The position numbers and the translations under genes were made by a program. DNA of 64,000 bases, from NCBI GenBank assembly GCA_047602425.1, contig JASGHG010000001.1, forward strand, positions 2,944,001 through 3,008,000. The letters are read 5' to 3'. This document shows, piece after piece, positions 49,864-59,735 of the stretch. Origin of the DNA: Nibricoccus sp. Its GTDB lineage: Bacteria > Verrucomicrobiota > Verrucomicrobiia > Opitutales > Opitutaceae. The notes beneath the pieces were generated by a model. The model had not been told where the DNA came from. It worked only from the letters and a program-made list of their open reading frames with translations, and did no database searches. How positions within the stretch are numbered: the stretch's first letter is position 1; each line of letters starts with the position of its first letter.

Positions 49864-51288
49864 ATGGAAAACGTACCCCCTCGATCCGAGATTGCTCCAC
49901 CTGAACCTGAACGCGCGCAGGAGCCTGTTGCCGGCGTTTTGACCCGCTCCACGTTTCGTCTCGATTGGATTTTTTATGTGCTGATTGCGGCCGGTTGCAT
50001 CCTTCGGATGACTGAGGTCTTTCGGCATAACCCGCTCGATCATCTTTGGAGCGATCCCATGCGGCACTGGGAACATGCCAGCAAGCCATTGGAGCCATCG
50101 CCGATGTCCTTGTTCGATCCACCGGTTTATCAAGTCTGGCTGAGCATCGTGCAGCGTGTCACGATGGGAATACCAGCGTTGATCGCGGTGATCGTCGGTG
50201 CCCTGTCGATTGTTGGTCCTTGGTGCTGGTATCGGTTTTTGCGTGAAACAATCGCCTCACGGACATTCGCGCTGGCGGGGTGGGCGATTCTTGCACTGCT
50301 GCCCTCGTGGATCGGTATCTATAGCTATTTCATGACCGAGACACTGCTGATCCCGATGATCGGGCTGAGCTTGTGGATGACGCAACGCGCTCGGCGACGG
50401 AGGACGCTTTCAACCTTCTTGGCGATGGTTGTTGTATGGACATTAACGGGACTGACCCGGGGAATCACGATCCCTTGGGCTGGCGTGGCCTGCCTGCTTG
50501 TTTGGATCACGCATCCAAAAAAAATCAGCACGGCATTTTATTCCATAATAATACTCGCCGTCACCTTGGTCCCGCTCTCCATTCGCAATCATCATTTTGT
50601 TTATCTATGGCCGCCCTATGGCAACGGGTGGATAGCGAAGATTTATAGCGAGTCCGGCAAACGCGAAATCATGCTCCACTTCGAACGCGAGGGAGCCCGA
50701 TGGGTTTACGGCTTCACTTCTCCGATGGTGGACGAGCGGCCATTTGATTTCACCCAAGATTGGAAGAACACATTTCTTTCCTCTTTTGGCGAATGTCCCG
50801 ACTTTCTTAAATCCGACTGGAAATCAAGTCGTGAAGGAACCGTTACAGTAAACGTCGATTTTACGCACGGCACGCAGGATTGGAAAAACAGTTTGGAGAA
50901 AAATGCGATTCACGGCGCCGCCCGCTGGAAGATGCATTTGGAAAATCTCGTATTTATATTCTTCGGGAATTCGTGGCCCGATAACGATAATTCGGTATTT
51001 GTCTGCAGAATGTCCAACCTGTCGCGGTGGTTGTGGCTTCCGTTTTTCGTGGCGGTCGTTGCGATAGGCGCGGCTAGATGGAGAATCCTTCTGCGTTATC
51101 CTCTGCTTCCGCTGCTCATTGCCACCTGGCTTTTTTTCCAAGTCGGCATGTTGGTGTCCGGGAGCGAAGGCCGCTACCGGAAGCCCTTTGAGGGATTGCT
51201 GATCGCTCACGCGGTGATTTTGGCTGCGGCTATTTCTGAGAAGCGAAAATGCGCAGAGAAGCAGCCCGGCGCTCTTGAAACCGTATAA
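49864..51288 (+). CDS. Polytopic GT-C (ArnT/PMT-like) glycosyltransferase
   Basis: WSDP; PPVY; MTETL; EGRY; many TM helices. Confidence 0.65.
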   Translation: MENVPPRSEIAPPEPERAQEPVAGVLTRSTFRLDWIFYVLIAAGCILRMTEVFRHNPLDHLWSDPMRHWEHASKPLEPSPMSLFDPPVYQVWLSIVQRVTMGIPALIAVIVGALSIVGPWCWYRFLRETIASRTFALAGWAILALLPSWIGIYSYFMTETLLIPMIGLSLWMTQRARRRRTLSTFLAMVVVWTLTGLTRGITIPWAGVACLLVWITHPKKISTAFYSIIILAVTLVPLSIRNHHFVYLWPPYGNGWIAKIYSESGKREIMLHFEREGARWVYGFTSPMVDERPFDFTQDWKNTFLSSFGECPDFLKSDWKSSREGTVTVNVDFTHGTQDWKNSLEKNAIHGAARWKMHLENLVFIFFGNSWPDNDNSVFVCRMSNLSRWLWLPFFVAVVAIGAARWRILLRYPLLPLLIATWLFFQVGMLVSGSEGRYRKPFEGLLIAHAVILAAAISEKRKCAEKQPGALETV

Positions 51289-51354
51289 AATTACCGCCGA
51301 ATCATCGCACCGTTGAGTGAGTATATAAACTCAGTCGCCCCGCGCTATATTGAA

Positions 51355-52065
51355 ATGACTACCCCCGAATTCGATTCATACTCGCAAGACTACGGAGCCG
51401 GGATGGAAGACCCGCTCAAAAAGGCGGCGGGCGCATCTGCCTACGCTTTCCTCGAGGCCAAAGTCCCGACCATCAGGCGTATTCTTTATAAAACCGACAT
51501 CCCTGCACTTTCGAATCCTGCGATTCGTTGGCTCGACTTTGGTTGTGGAGCGGGCGACTTCATCCACGTCATGAAGGCCCAGGGAATCCCGTGGCAATCT
51601 GAAGGCTGTGATATATCGACGGGCATGCTCGACGAAGGACGCAGACGGCATCCTTCGTTCGCTCAGAACCTATGGGAAATTTCGGCGGATTCATTTCCGA
51701 AGGCAAAATACGATATTATTACCGCGGTTTGTGTCTTTCATCATATTCCACCTTCGGCTTGGGCGGCGACGGTGGACATGCTCAAGCAAGCGCTGAAGCC
51801 GCTCGGCCAATTGATCATAATCGAGCATAATCCGTGGAATCCAATCACACGTCTATTGGTGAAACGTGCGCCGATTGATCAAAACGCCATCCTGCTTTCT
51901 TCTCGAAAAACAAAAAATCTTCTCGCGTCCGTTGGCCTTGTGAACGTGGCAAGCCGGCACTTCCTGTTTTTTCCCCCGCGCTTCAAATTCCTGCAGTTTC
52001 TTGAAGGGCTTTTTTCAAAGATTCCACTCGGAGGCCAATACGCAATCCGTGCGATAAACGGATAA
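51355..52065 (+). CDS. Class I SAM-dependent methyltransferase
   Basis: LDFGCGAG; VFHHIP; EHNPWNP. Confidence 0.88.
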   Translation: MTTPEFDSYSQDYGAGMEDPLKKAAGASAYAFLEAKVPTIRRILYKTDIPALSNPAIRWLDFGCGAGDFIHVMKAQGIPWQSEGCDISTGMLDEGRRRHPSFAQNLWEISADSFPKAKYDIITAVCVFHHIPPSAWAATVDMLKQALKPLGQLIIIEHNPWNPITRLLVKRAPIDQNAILLSSRKTKNLLASVGLVNVASRHFLFFPPRFKFLQFLEGLFSKIPLGGQYAIRAING

Positions 52066-52072
52066 ACCCTGT

Positions 52073-53053
52073 TCAGCGTGCCGATGGCGGCTTGTTCGTC
52101 ATTTGGGTATCGTCTTGCACGATATAGAGCGGGCGACGTTTAATTTCCTCGAAGATACGGCCAACATATTCGCCGATCACGCCGAGGCTCACCAGAATCA
52201 TGCCGCCGATGATGCCGAGGATCACGACGAGGCCTGTCCAGCCGGGTACGGTTGCTTGAAAGAAGTATTTTTCAACGATGGCAAAAATGCCATAGGCGCA
52301 CGCAAGCAGTGCGGTCAGAAATCCGCCCGCCGTGATCAGCTTGATGGGAAACGTCGAGAACGACAAAGCGGCATCCCACGCGAATCTCATCATTTTGAGC
52401 AGGGGATATTTGGTTTTTCCATGTAAGCGGGCATTGCGCTTGTAGCGAACCGCCACTTGGTGAAATCCCATCCAGGCAAACATGCCTCGCAAAAAACGAT
52501 GCTGCTCCGGCATTTTTAAAATGGCGTCGAGGCAGGAGCGCGAAACCAGGCGAAAATCTCCGGTATCTTCGGGGAGATCTTTGTGAACGAAGCGCCGCAT
52601 GATCCGATAAAATACCCACGCAGTTGTTCGCTTGAAAAAGGTTTCTCCCTCCCGCTCGGCTCGCTGTCCATAGACGACATCGTAGCCCTCGCGATAACGA
52701 AGGAGCATCTCGTCCACGACCTCCAGCGGATCTTGAAGATCGGCATCCATGATCACAACGGCGTCGCCCTTCGCGAGAGCCAAACCAGCAGAAACCGCCA
52801 TCTGGTGGCCGAAATTTCTGCTGAAGGAAACGCCGTGAACGCGTGCGTCCTCTTTGGCCCATTCTTGAATTAACCGGTAGGAATCGTCGCGGGAACCATC
52901 GTCCACCAGGATGAATTCCGCGGCCCCGGGATTTTTTTCCTGCCACTCGTTTAGCGCGTTGCGCAGGTGAGGGAGACTTTCTGATTCGTTGAAAACCGGG
53001 AAAACAAAACTAAGGAGTTGCGGGGTCGTGCGTGGTTGAAGCGGCGCGCTCAT
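52073..53053 (-). CDS. GT2 polyprenol-phosphate glycosyltransferase (GtrB/ArnC-like)
   Basis: PVFNE; DDGSRD; SRNFGHQ; MDADLQDP; two C-terminal TMs; GEYVGRIF. Confidence 0.92.
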   Translation of the reverse strand: MSAPLQPRTTPQLLSFVFPVFNESESLPHLRNALNEWQEKNPGAAEFILVDDGSRDDSYRLIQEWAKEDARVHGVSFSRNFGHQMAVSAGLALAKGDAVVIMDADLQDPLEVVDEMLLRYREGYDVVYGQRAEREGETFFKRTTAWVFYRIMRRFVHKDLPEDTGDFRLVSRSCLDAILKMPEQHRFLRGMFAWMGFHQVAVRYKRNARLHGKTKYPLLKMMRFAWDAALSFSTFPIKLITAGGFLTALLACAYGIFAIVEKYFFQATVPGWTGLVVILGIIGGMILVSLGVIGEYVGRIFEEIKRRPLYIVQDDTQMTNKPPSAR

Positions 53054-53415
53054 GCTGAGTGGGGTTTCGGAAGGTTCAGCTGGGGTTTGTATCTGGCCGA
53101 AATGAGGCTGTGATGCGAAGGTTTGAAATTGGGTGGAAGTTATTTTGGCCGCGAGAAGGATTTCAGCCAAAGAAACGGGGAAGTTTTTCTGCAACCATGA
53201 CGGAATGGATCGGGCGACGAGGGAAGGGCAATGCGGCGAAACTATAAGGGGTGGGATAACATGCCGATGTTCGGACTTTGCGCGGACGAGCTGCCGCGAA
53301 GAATCAGGATTTGTTGACGGGAAGAATTAACAGGAGGAAATGCAGCTTGCACTTCATGCGGACACCTGTCCGGATGCAAGCACGTCCCGCTTCCTTAGCT
53401 TTCCGTTGGTTTCCC

Positions 53416-54939
53416 ATGTCCTCCTCCGCCGGTTCATCCGCGAATAAATCGAATGCGTCGCTCGGTCGTCGCTCTTTTGTGAAAGGCCTTTCCCTCGCCG
53501 GCCTCGGCTTGGCGATGGGCGTGCAAACTGCGTCCGCCGCGAGCGCTTCAGCTTCAGACTCTGCGTCTACGCCCGTGACCCGTCGGCGTCGCTTCGCGAT
53601 TGTCGGCACTGGCCATCGCCGCGAAATGTTTCAGAACGCGATCGAGGTCGATTTCAAGGACACCGCCGAGTTGGTCGGCATTTGCGACAAAAACCCGGGC
53701 CGCATGAAGGTCATTCAGGAAATGGCGGCGATGCATGGCGCAAAAGTGCCGCCGGCTTACCTCGCCGCCGATTTTGACAAAATGCTCGCTGAGACGAAGC
53801 CCGACGTCGTCATCGTCACGACCGTCGACGCTTTCCATCACGAGTACCTCGTGCGGGCGATGAAGCAGGGTTACGACGTCATCACCGAGAAACCGATGAC
53901 GACGCGCGCGGACTCTTGTCAGCAGATTTTGGATACAACGGCGGAGACGGGTCGCAACTGCCGCGTTACTTTCAACTATCGCTATTCGCCGCCGCGCACG
54001 CAGGTGAAGGAAATCCTGATGAGCGGCGAGATTGGCGACATCCTTTCGGTGGATTTTCACTGGATGCTCAACACCTTTCACGGCGCCGACTATTTCCGCC
54101 GCTGGCATGGCCAGAAGCGCTTTTCAGGCGGCTTGATGGTGCACAAGGCCACGCATCATTTCGACCTGGTGAATTGGTGGTTGGGAGCGGTTCCTGTCAC
54201 GGTCTCCGCCGTGGGCAAGCGCGAATTTTATACGCCGGCCATGGCAAAACGCCTGGGACTTTCCGGGCATCATGAGCGCTGCCATACGTGCCCGGAAAAG
54301 AACAAGTGCGGTTTTGTGCTCGATTTGGAAAAATCGCCGCGCCTCAAACAACTGTATCTCGATCAGGAAAAGCATGACGGTTATTTCCGCGATCGCTGCG
54401 TGTTTCGTCCGGAGATCGACATCGAGGATACGATGAACGTCATCGTGCAATACGACACGGGCGCGACCCTCAGTTATTCGCTCAACGCCTTCAATTCCTG
54501 GGAAGGCTACACCATCGCATTCAACGGCACGAAAGGCCGGCTCGAACACACGATTGTGGAAAGCATCTACGTCAACGGCACCGACACCGTTCAGGGCGGC
54601 ATCAAACCCGGTGGCGTGACAACAAAAGTATTTCCGCTGCGTGGTCCGGTGCGCGAAGTCGAGCCATGGACCGGCACGGGCGGACACGGTGGCGGTGACA
54701 CCGTGATGTTGAGGGAAATTTTTGGCGCTGCGCCCGAGGCGGACAAATACCTGCGCGCCTCCAACGAACACGCTGGCGCCTATTCCTGCCTCGTCGGCAT
54801 TGCGGCCAACCGCTGCTTCGAGACGGGCCAGCCGGTGCGCATTGAAGATTTGGTGAAAGGCCTGAAAAAGCCGAACTACGCGCCCATGCCTAACCACGAA
54901 CAGTCATTGCCGATGCCCCCGGCTCAAAGAATTTCTTAG
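53416..54939 (+). CDS. Gfo/Idh/MocA oxidoreductase with Tat signal
   Basis: GRRSFVK; VGTGHR; TEKPM; HKATHHFD; GHGGGD. Confidence 0.9.
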   Translation: MSSSAGSSANKSNASLGRRSFVKGLSLAGLGLAMGVQTASAASASASDSASTPVTRRRRFAIVGTGHRREMFQNAIEVDFKDTAELVGICDKNPGRMKVIQEMAAMHGAKVPPAYLAADFDKMLAETKPDVVIVTTVDAFHHEYLVRAMKQGYDVITEKPMTTRADSCQQILDTTAETGRNCRVTFNYRYSPPRTQVKEILMSGEIGDILSVDFHWMLNTFHGADYFRRWHGQKRFSGGLMVHKATHHFDLVNWWLGAVPVTVSAVGKREFYTPAMAKRLGLSGHHERCHTCPEKNKCGFVLDLEKSPRLKQLYLDQEKHDGYFRDRCVFRPEIDIEDTMNVIVQYDTGATLSYSLNAFNSWEGYTIAFNGTKGRLEHTIVESIYVNGTDTVQGGIKPGGVTTKVFPLRGPVREVEPWTGTGGHGGGDTVMLREIFGAAPEADKYLRASNEHAGAYSCLVGIAANRCFETGQPVRIEDLVKGLKKPNYAPMPNHEQSLPMPPAQRIS

Positions 54940-55011
54940 TGCCCCCAAAAAGCCGGCGCGCCGTTTTTTTGTGGGCGGCGCGCCGGTATTCATTTACGCC
55001 TTCGTTCACCC

Positions 55012-55728
55012 ATGCCATCGCGCGTTGTCCTGAAGGCCGTTTTATTCGCTCTGATTGTGTTTCCCGGTGGGGGCGCGATTTTCGGGGCAGGTAACGAAAA
55101 AACGAATACAAGAACTGCCTCTGTGCCCATGGCGTCGGCGGTTTGGAAGCTCGACGGCGTCTCAGACATCGGCGGCTTCAAGCCCGAGGTGCTCGGCTCT
55201 CCCCAAGTCGTCGAAGAGGACGGTTGCAAGGGACTGGTTTTCAACGGCCGCGACGATGGCTTGATCCTGCCGGTCAACCCGCTCGCAGGCTGGCCGCGTT
55301 TTACCATTGAAATATTAATCAAACCCGATCCGACCGGCGAGGAAGAGCAGCGGTTTATCCACATTCAGGATACGCAAGGCCGTCGCGCCATGGTCGAGAC
55401 GCGCATCACCCGCGACCGCCAATGGGTGCTCGATACTTATCTCCGCGCCACCCTGGATCACAACCGGACCTTGATCGACCGGACCAAAAAGCATCCGACC
55501 GGCCAGTGGCACTGGGTCGCCCTTGTCTACGACGGCGAAGTCATGACGAACTATATCAATGGAGTAAAAGAACTCGAAGGAGAGGTCCTAATGCCGCCGA
55601 TGACGGAAGGATCCATTTCCATCGGAGTGCGCCAAAACCGGGTTTACTGGTACAAAGGCGCCATTCGTGAGGTGCGTTTTACACGCGAGGCGCTCAAGCC
55701 GGCGTCGTTGCAACGCGTGGCTCGCTGA
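55012..55728 (+). CDS. LamG/ConA-like domain protein
   Basis: WHWVALVYDG...YINGV; GAIREVR. Confidence 0.8.
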   Translation: MPSRVVLKAVLFALIVFPGGGAIFGAGNEKTNTRTASVPMASAVWKLDGVSDIGGFKPEVLGSPQVVEEDGCKGLVFNGRDDGLILPVNPLAGWPRFTIEILIKPDPTGEEEQRFIHIQDTQGRRAMVETRITRDRQWVLDTYLRATLDHNRTLIDRTKKHPTGQWHWVALVYDGEVMTNYINGVKELEGEVLMPPMTEGSISIGVRQNRVYWYKGAIREVRFTREALKPASLQRVAR

Positions 55729-55790
55729 AGCGGCCGAACTTTGAGGGGAACGGCTTTGACCGTTCAGCCAGTTCTTATTTATCTTTCAGC

Positions 55791-56924
55791 ATGCGTCAGC
55801 GCGCGCTCCATGCATTCGTGGCCCTGGGCTTGAGTTGGCCGCTTGCCTTTTTCGCGGCCGACAACGTTCCGACTGCGAATGCGCCGACGCCAAAAGCCGT
55901 CCTGCGTGCCATGCACAAGGTCGGCCGCTGGCAGATGAGCCAGCCGATCAAGGAAAAACCGACAAGCTGGCCCATGGGCACCTTTTTCGCCGGGGTGTCG
56001 GCGCTCGCTGTCACGACGAAATCGGTCGAATACGAGCAGTGGTTGATCGACACCATCGACAAGGTCACAAGTTGGGAAATGGGACGCCACCGATACTACG
56101 CGGACGATCAATGTGTTGGCCAGGCCTACCTCGAACTCTACCTGCGCCACCGCGAGCCGCGCATGATCGCGGATATTAAAAAGCAATTCGATGCCATCTT
56201 GAGGCGGCCGCCCAATCACGGCCTTGAATTTCAAACGGATGTCGCGCGACGGGACGAGTGGTGCTGGTGTGACGCCTTGTTCATGGCTCCTCCGGTTTGG
56301 ATGCTCCTCTACGCGGCGACGGGCGACAAGGCTTACATGGAATTCGCCGTCGAACGCTGGTGGAAAACCTCCGACTATCTCTACGACAAGGAAGAGTCCT
56401 TGTATTTTCGCGACAACAGCTACTTCAAGTCACGCGAGCGCAACGGTCGCAAAATTTTTTGGAGCCGCGGAAATGGTTGGGTCATGGGAGGACTTGTGCG
56501 TGTGCTGCAATTTCTTCCCGCCGACCACCCGTCTCGTCCGCGTTTCGAGCAACAGTTTCGGGAAATGGCGGGAGCGTTGGTGAAATGCCAGCAACCCGAC
56601 GGACTCTGGCGCAGCAGCCTCCTTGATCCGGAAGACTATCCTATTCCCGAGACGAGCGGCACGGGATTTTATTGTTACGCGTTCGCCTATGGCGTGAACG
56701 AAGGAATTTTGCCAAGAGAACTTTATGAACCGGCCGCGATCAAAGCGTGGCAAGGCCTATTGGGTTGTGTGACGCCGCAGGGCAAACTCACCAACGTGCA
56801 ACCGGTCGGGGCGGATCCAGTGAAGTTCGACACATCCAACACCGAAGTCTATGGCGTCGGCGCCTTCCTTCTTGCCGGTAGCGAAATGTTCAAGTTGGCC
56901 GAGCGGATCGAGTCCGGGCAGTGA
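55791..56924 (+). CDS. Glycoside hydrolase family 105/88
   Basis: WCWCDALFMAPP; FWSRGNGWV; ETSGT; YGVGAFLLA. Confidence 0.9.
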   Translation: MRQRALHAFVALGLSWPLAFFAADNVPTANAPTPKAVLRAMHKVGRWQMSQPIKEKPTSWPMGTFFAGVSALAVTTKSVEYEQWLIDTIDKVTSWEMGRHRYYADDQCVGQAYLELYLRHREPRMIADIKKQFDAILRRPPNHGLEFQTDVARRDEWCWCDALFMAPPVWMLLYAATGDKAYMEFAVERWWKTSDYLYDKEESLYFRDNSYFKSRERNGRKIFWSRGNGWVMGGLVRVLQFLPADHPSRPRFEQQFREMAGALVKCQQPDGLWRSSLLDPEDYPIPETSGTGFYCYAFAYGVNEGILPRELYEPAAIKAWQGLLGCVTPQGKLTNVQPVGADPVKFDTSNTEVYGVGAFLLAGSEMFKLAERIESGQ

Positions 56925-56933
56925 CCGCCTCTG

Positions 56934-57782
56934 TCATTGGCCGAAGAGGCGTTGGAAATTTGCTGCGACCGTTGTGGCCAGCTCTTCGACTGTCACGCCA
57001 AGCAGCCCGGCCAGACCTGCATAAGCAGCTTCAATGTTGCCGGGATGATTAATGGTCTGGCCTCCGGGGGCCGGTGGAAGTTTGTAGGTGCGCCACGGTT
57101 GTGGAAGCGGCATGGCTGGGGCATCGGTCTCGACCAGGAGGCGGTCGCGCGGAACATGTTTGAAGGTTTCACGATGACGGGCGTGGCGGTCATCGAGAAA
57201 GGATCCATTGAAGGAAAAATACGCGCCGCGATCGGCGAGGCCGCGAATCATCTCAGCGGGGCCGGAGTACGCGTGAAGTAAGAACCCGCATGCAGGGAGG
57301 GCGGCAGTGCGAAGCACGTCATTGAGTGCACCCCATGCTTCCAGGCAATGGACCGTGGCAGGGCGATTAGCGCTGGCAGATAGTTCGAGTTGAGCGCGGA
57401 AAACTTCGATCTGTTCCTCCAGCGGCGCCCTGCGTAGTCCCGCCAGTCGCGGATCGTCGGGTTTGGCCCGGTCGAGAATCCAGCGGTCGAGCCCAATTTC
57501 GCCGATTCCGGCGCGAGGATGCTCGGCCAGGACCGTGGTGAGTTTTTCGATCCACGTGGGAGAACGATTGCCGACATCCCAAGGATGCAGGCCGAAGCTG
57601 GGTGCAATCCATGGATATTGTCGCGAAAGTTCGGATACACGCCCCCAATCGCTTTCACAGGTGCCGTTGACGACGGCGGAGCGCAGCCCGAGGGCGTTGA
57701 GTTGGCCTGCGATCTTCTCGAAATGCGGAGCGAGCCACTCGTCCTGCAGGTGATTGTGCGCATCGTAATAGGCGAGAGGCAT
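56934..57782 (-). CDS. tatD: TatD-family hydrolase
   Basis: DAHNH; GLHPW; IGEIGLD; ETDAP. Confidence 0.9.
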   Translation of the reverse strand: MPLAYYDAHNHLQDEWLAPHFEKIAGQLNALGLRSAVVNGTCESDWGRVSELSRQYPWIAPSFGLHPWDVGNRSPTWIEKLTTVLAEHPRAGIGEIGLDRWILDRAKPDDPRLAGLRRAPLEEQIEVFRAQLELSASANRPATVHCLEAWGALNDVLRTAALPACGFLLHAYSGPAEMIRGLADRGAYFSFNGSFLDDRHARHRETFKHVPRDRLLVETDAPAMPLPQPWRTYKLPPAPGGQTINHPGNIEAAYAGLAGLLGVTVEELATTVAANFQRLFGQ

Positions 57783-57934
57783 GGTGAAAGTGAACGATAG
57801 TTAAAGTTCGCGGAAAAGCTGAAAGCCACCGTCGAAAAATGCGCGCGGGCAGTCCTCTCACCGCTCCCACGCTCACCTGTGACAAACGACCCAGCTACAC
57901 GCCTGTGCGGGGTTGGAGGCGGGCGGGACGGACA

Positions 57935-57975
57935 CCCAGAAAGTTTGTCATCTATTAGATGACAAACTTTCTGGG
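57935..57975. repeat. Perfect 41-bp palindrome containing the TGTCATCTA-W-TAGATGACA core (copy 4)
   Basis: CCCAGAAAGTTTGTCATCTA-T-TAGATGACAAACTTTCTGGG. Confidence 0.9.
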
Positions 57976-58147
57976 ATTGATGGAACGGTCAGACCGTGTT
58001 CGGGAGCGGAGGGAGAGGGCTTCGACGAGAAGGTGAGGCGATGACGAGAGGCCGCGGGTTCGACGACGGGGACAGGCGCGGGCGGACGACGCGAGGAAGG
58101 GAGGAGGAGATGAGAGGCCGGGTTTTCAGCGGCCGGGGGCGGGACGG

Positions 58148-58579
58148 TCAGGCTAGGTTTTGTGCGGCGAGGGCGGTTCGAGCGAGGGTCTTGATGCGGG
58201 CGTGGACGGCGGCGACGCCGTTGCGGCGGGTGGGGGAAAGGTCGCGCAGGAGTTCAAGTTGGTCGATAAAGGTCGGTTCGGTCGCGAGGATTTCGGCGGG
58301 CGTCGCACCGGTGTAGGCTTCGCAAAGCAAGTTGACGAGGCCCTTGACCATAGGGGAATCGGTATCGGAGCGCAGGCTGAGCGTGCCGTTGGGTTGAAGT
58401 TCGCCAATGAGCCAGACGGCGGACTGACAGCCTGGGACGCGATGATTTTCGAGCCGTTCCGCAACAGTAAAAGGCGGGAGCCGGCGTGTCCGATCCACAA
58501 TGACCGCGAGTCGCTCATGGCGGTCGGGAATGAGACTGAGATCTTCGAAAAGTTGCCGGTGCCGGTCAGCGAGAGACAT
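58148..58579 (-). CDS. sufE: SufE family Fe-S protein
   Basis: VPGCQSAVW; DSPMVKGL; LSPTRRNG. Confidence 0.92.
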   Translation of the reverse strand: MSLADRHRQLFEDLSLIPDRHERLAVIVDRTRRLPPFTVAERLENHRVPGCQSAVWLIGELQPNGTLSLRSDTDSPMVKGLVNLLCEAYTGATPAEILATEPTFIDQLELLRDLSPTRRNGVAAVHARIKTLARTALAAQNLA

Positions 58580-58669
58580 GCTCGGGAGCACAGCGATATT
58601 CAGAAAAAACGCGAGCCGGCGTCGCGCATCAAGCAACGCCGGCTCGTTAGTTCCCCTAAGCAATTCAGG

Positions 58670-59554
58670 TCAAAATTCTACGTCGCGGCAGCGGCTCTCG
58701 AGCTGTTTGGTGACCAAATCCACCTGTTCTTCGGTCAACATGGGCGTATTGCGGCTTACGACGGCGAGGATCTGTTTGGGATTTAGAACGCGAACGGTGT
58801 TGATCGCGTGTTCCTCGACCCACCAGCCCGGGAAAACAAGGATCGGTTGCACCGGGACCTGACGGCCGAGGACTTGGGCAATCCAGCTTTCGAGCCAGAT
58901 GGCGCGGTCGCGGGCGAACTCGAGGCCCTGAAAATCGTCACCCCATGGATAGACGAGTTTTTGTCCATCAAAGATAATCTTGTGCTCAGCGAAACCCGGA
59001 CGGGGAGTACCGCGGGTGCGTGCTTTAGTTTGAATGGCAAAAATTCCCGTCGAGCCCACGACGACGTGGTCGAGATGGAAAATTGGCTGGGCTTCGCTCG
59101 CGGGAACATTGTGGAAGACCTGAAAGCCTTTCATGCGCAGGGCTTCGACGGCTTCGCCGACTTCGCGTTCGCCAAAATAGCCGATGCGATATTCGTAGCG
59201 CTCGTCGAGGATTTTGATCAGCCACTTCGCGGCGAAGTAGAGCGCGGTCGCGAGCACGGCGAGCAGGAGGATCAGGCCGAGGGTTTGATAGGGACCGGCC
59301 AAACCACTGATAATCCACAAGCCAACCACCATCAACAGCAGCGGGATGAGCGCGGTGCCCGTCAAATGAAGGAGAAGCAGGTCGTCAAACGCGGAGAGCT
59401 TGCGGCGAAAGCTTTCACCGGGCGTGCGCAGAAGTTTTTCAACGACAGGGGAGCGTTCGTTGCGGCGTTTTACCCGCCACACCCAAATGCCACCGACAAC
59501 TCCGAAGTAGATCAGGATGTAGACCACCAAATACGCGAAACTTAGGGAATTCAT
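58670..59554 (-). CDS. Membrane protein with NERD nuclease-related domain
   Basis: Three TMs; GEREV; HLDHVVVGSTGIFAIQTK. Confidence 0.8.
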   Translation of the reverse strand: MNSLSFAYLVVYILIYFGVVGGIWVWRVKRRNERSPVVEKLLRTPGESFRRKLSAFDDLLLLHLTGTALIPLLLMVVGLWIISGLAGPYQTLGLILLLAVLATALYFAAKWLIKILDERYEYRIGYFGEREVGEAVEALRMKGFQVFHNVPASEAQPIFHLDHVVVGSTGIFAIQTKARTRGTPRPGFAEHKIIFDGQKLVYPWGDDFQGLEFARDRAIWLESWIAQVLGRQVPVQPILVFPGWWVEEHAINTVRVLNPKQILAVVSRNTPMLTEEQVDLVTKQLESRCRDVEF

Positions 59555-59735
59555 AGAGCGTTAAAGGGCTGGCAGTAACGTGCGAGGCTCCGCCGCCTGA
59601 GTCGAGGCAAGTGACGATAGCGGTGGGTTTTTCACCAGGCTTTGACGTTTCCCTGATAAGTTTTTGCCAAGCCGCATGGGCAATTCCCCCGCCGGGCGAA
59701 ACAACCGCCACCGCTATGCGAGAGTATCGTAAAAC

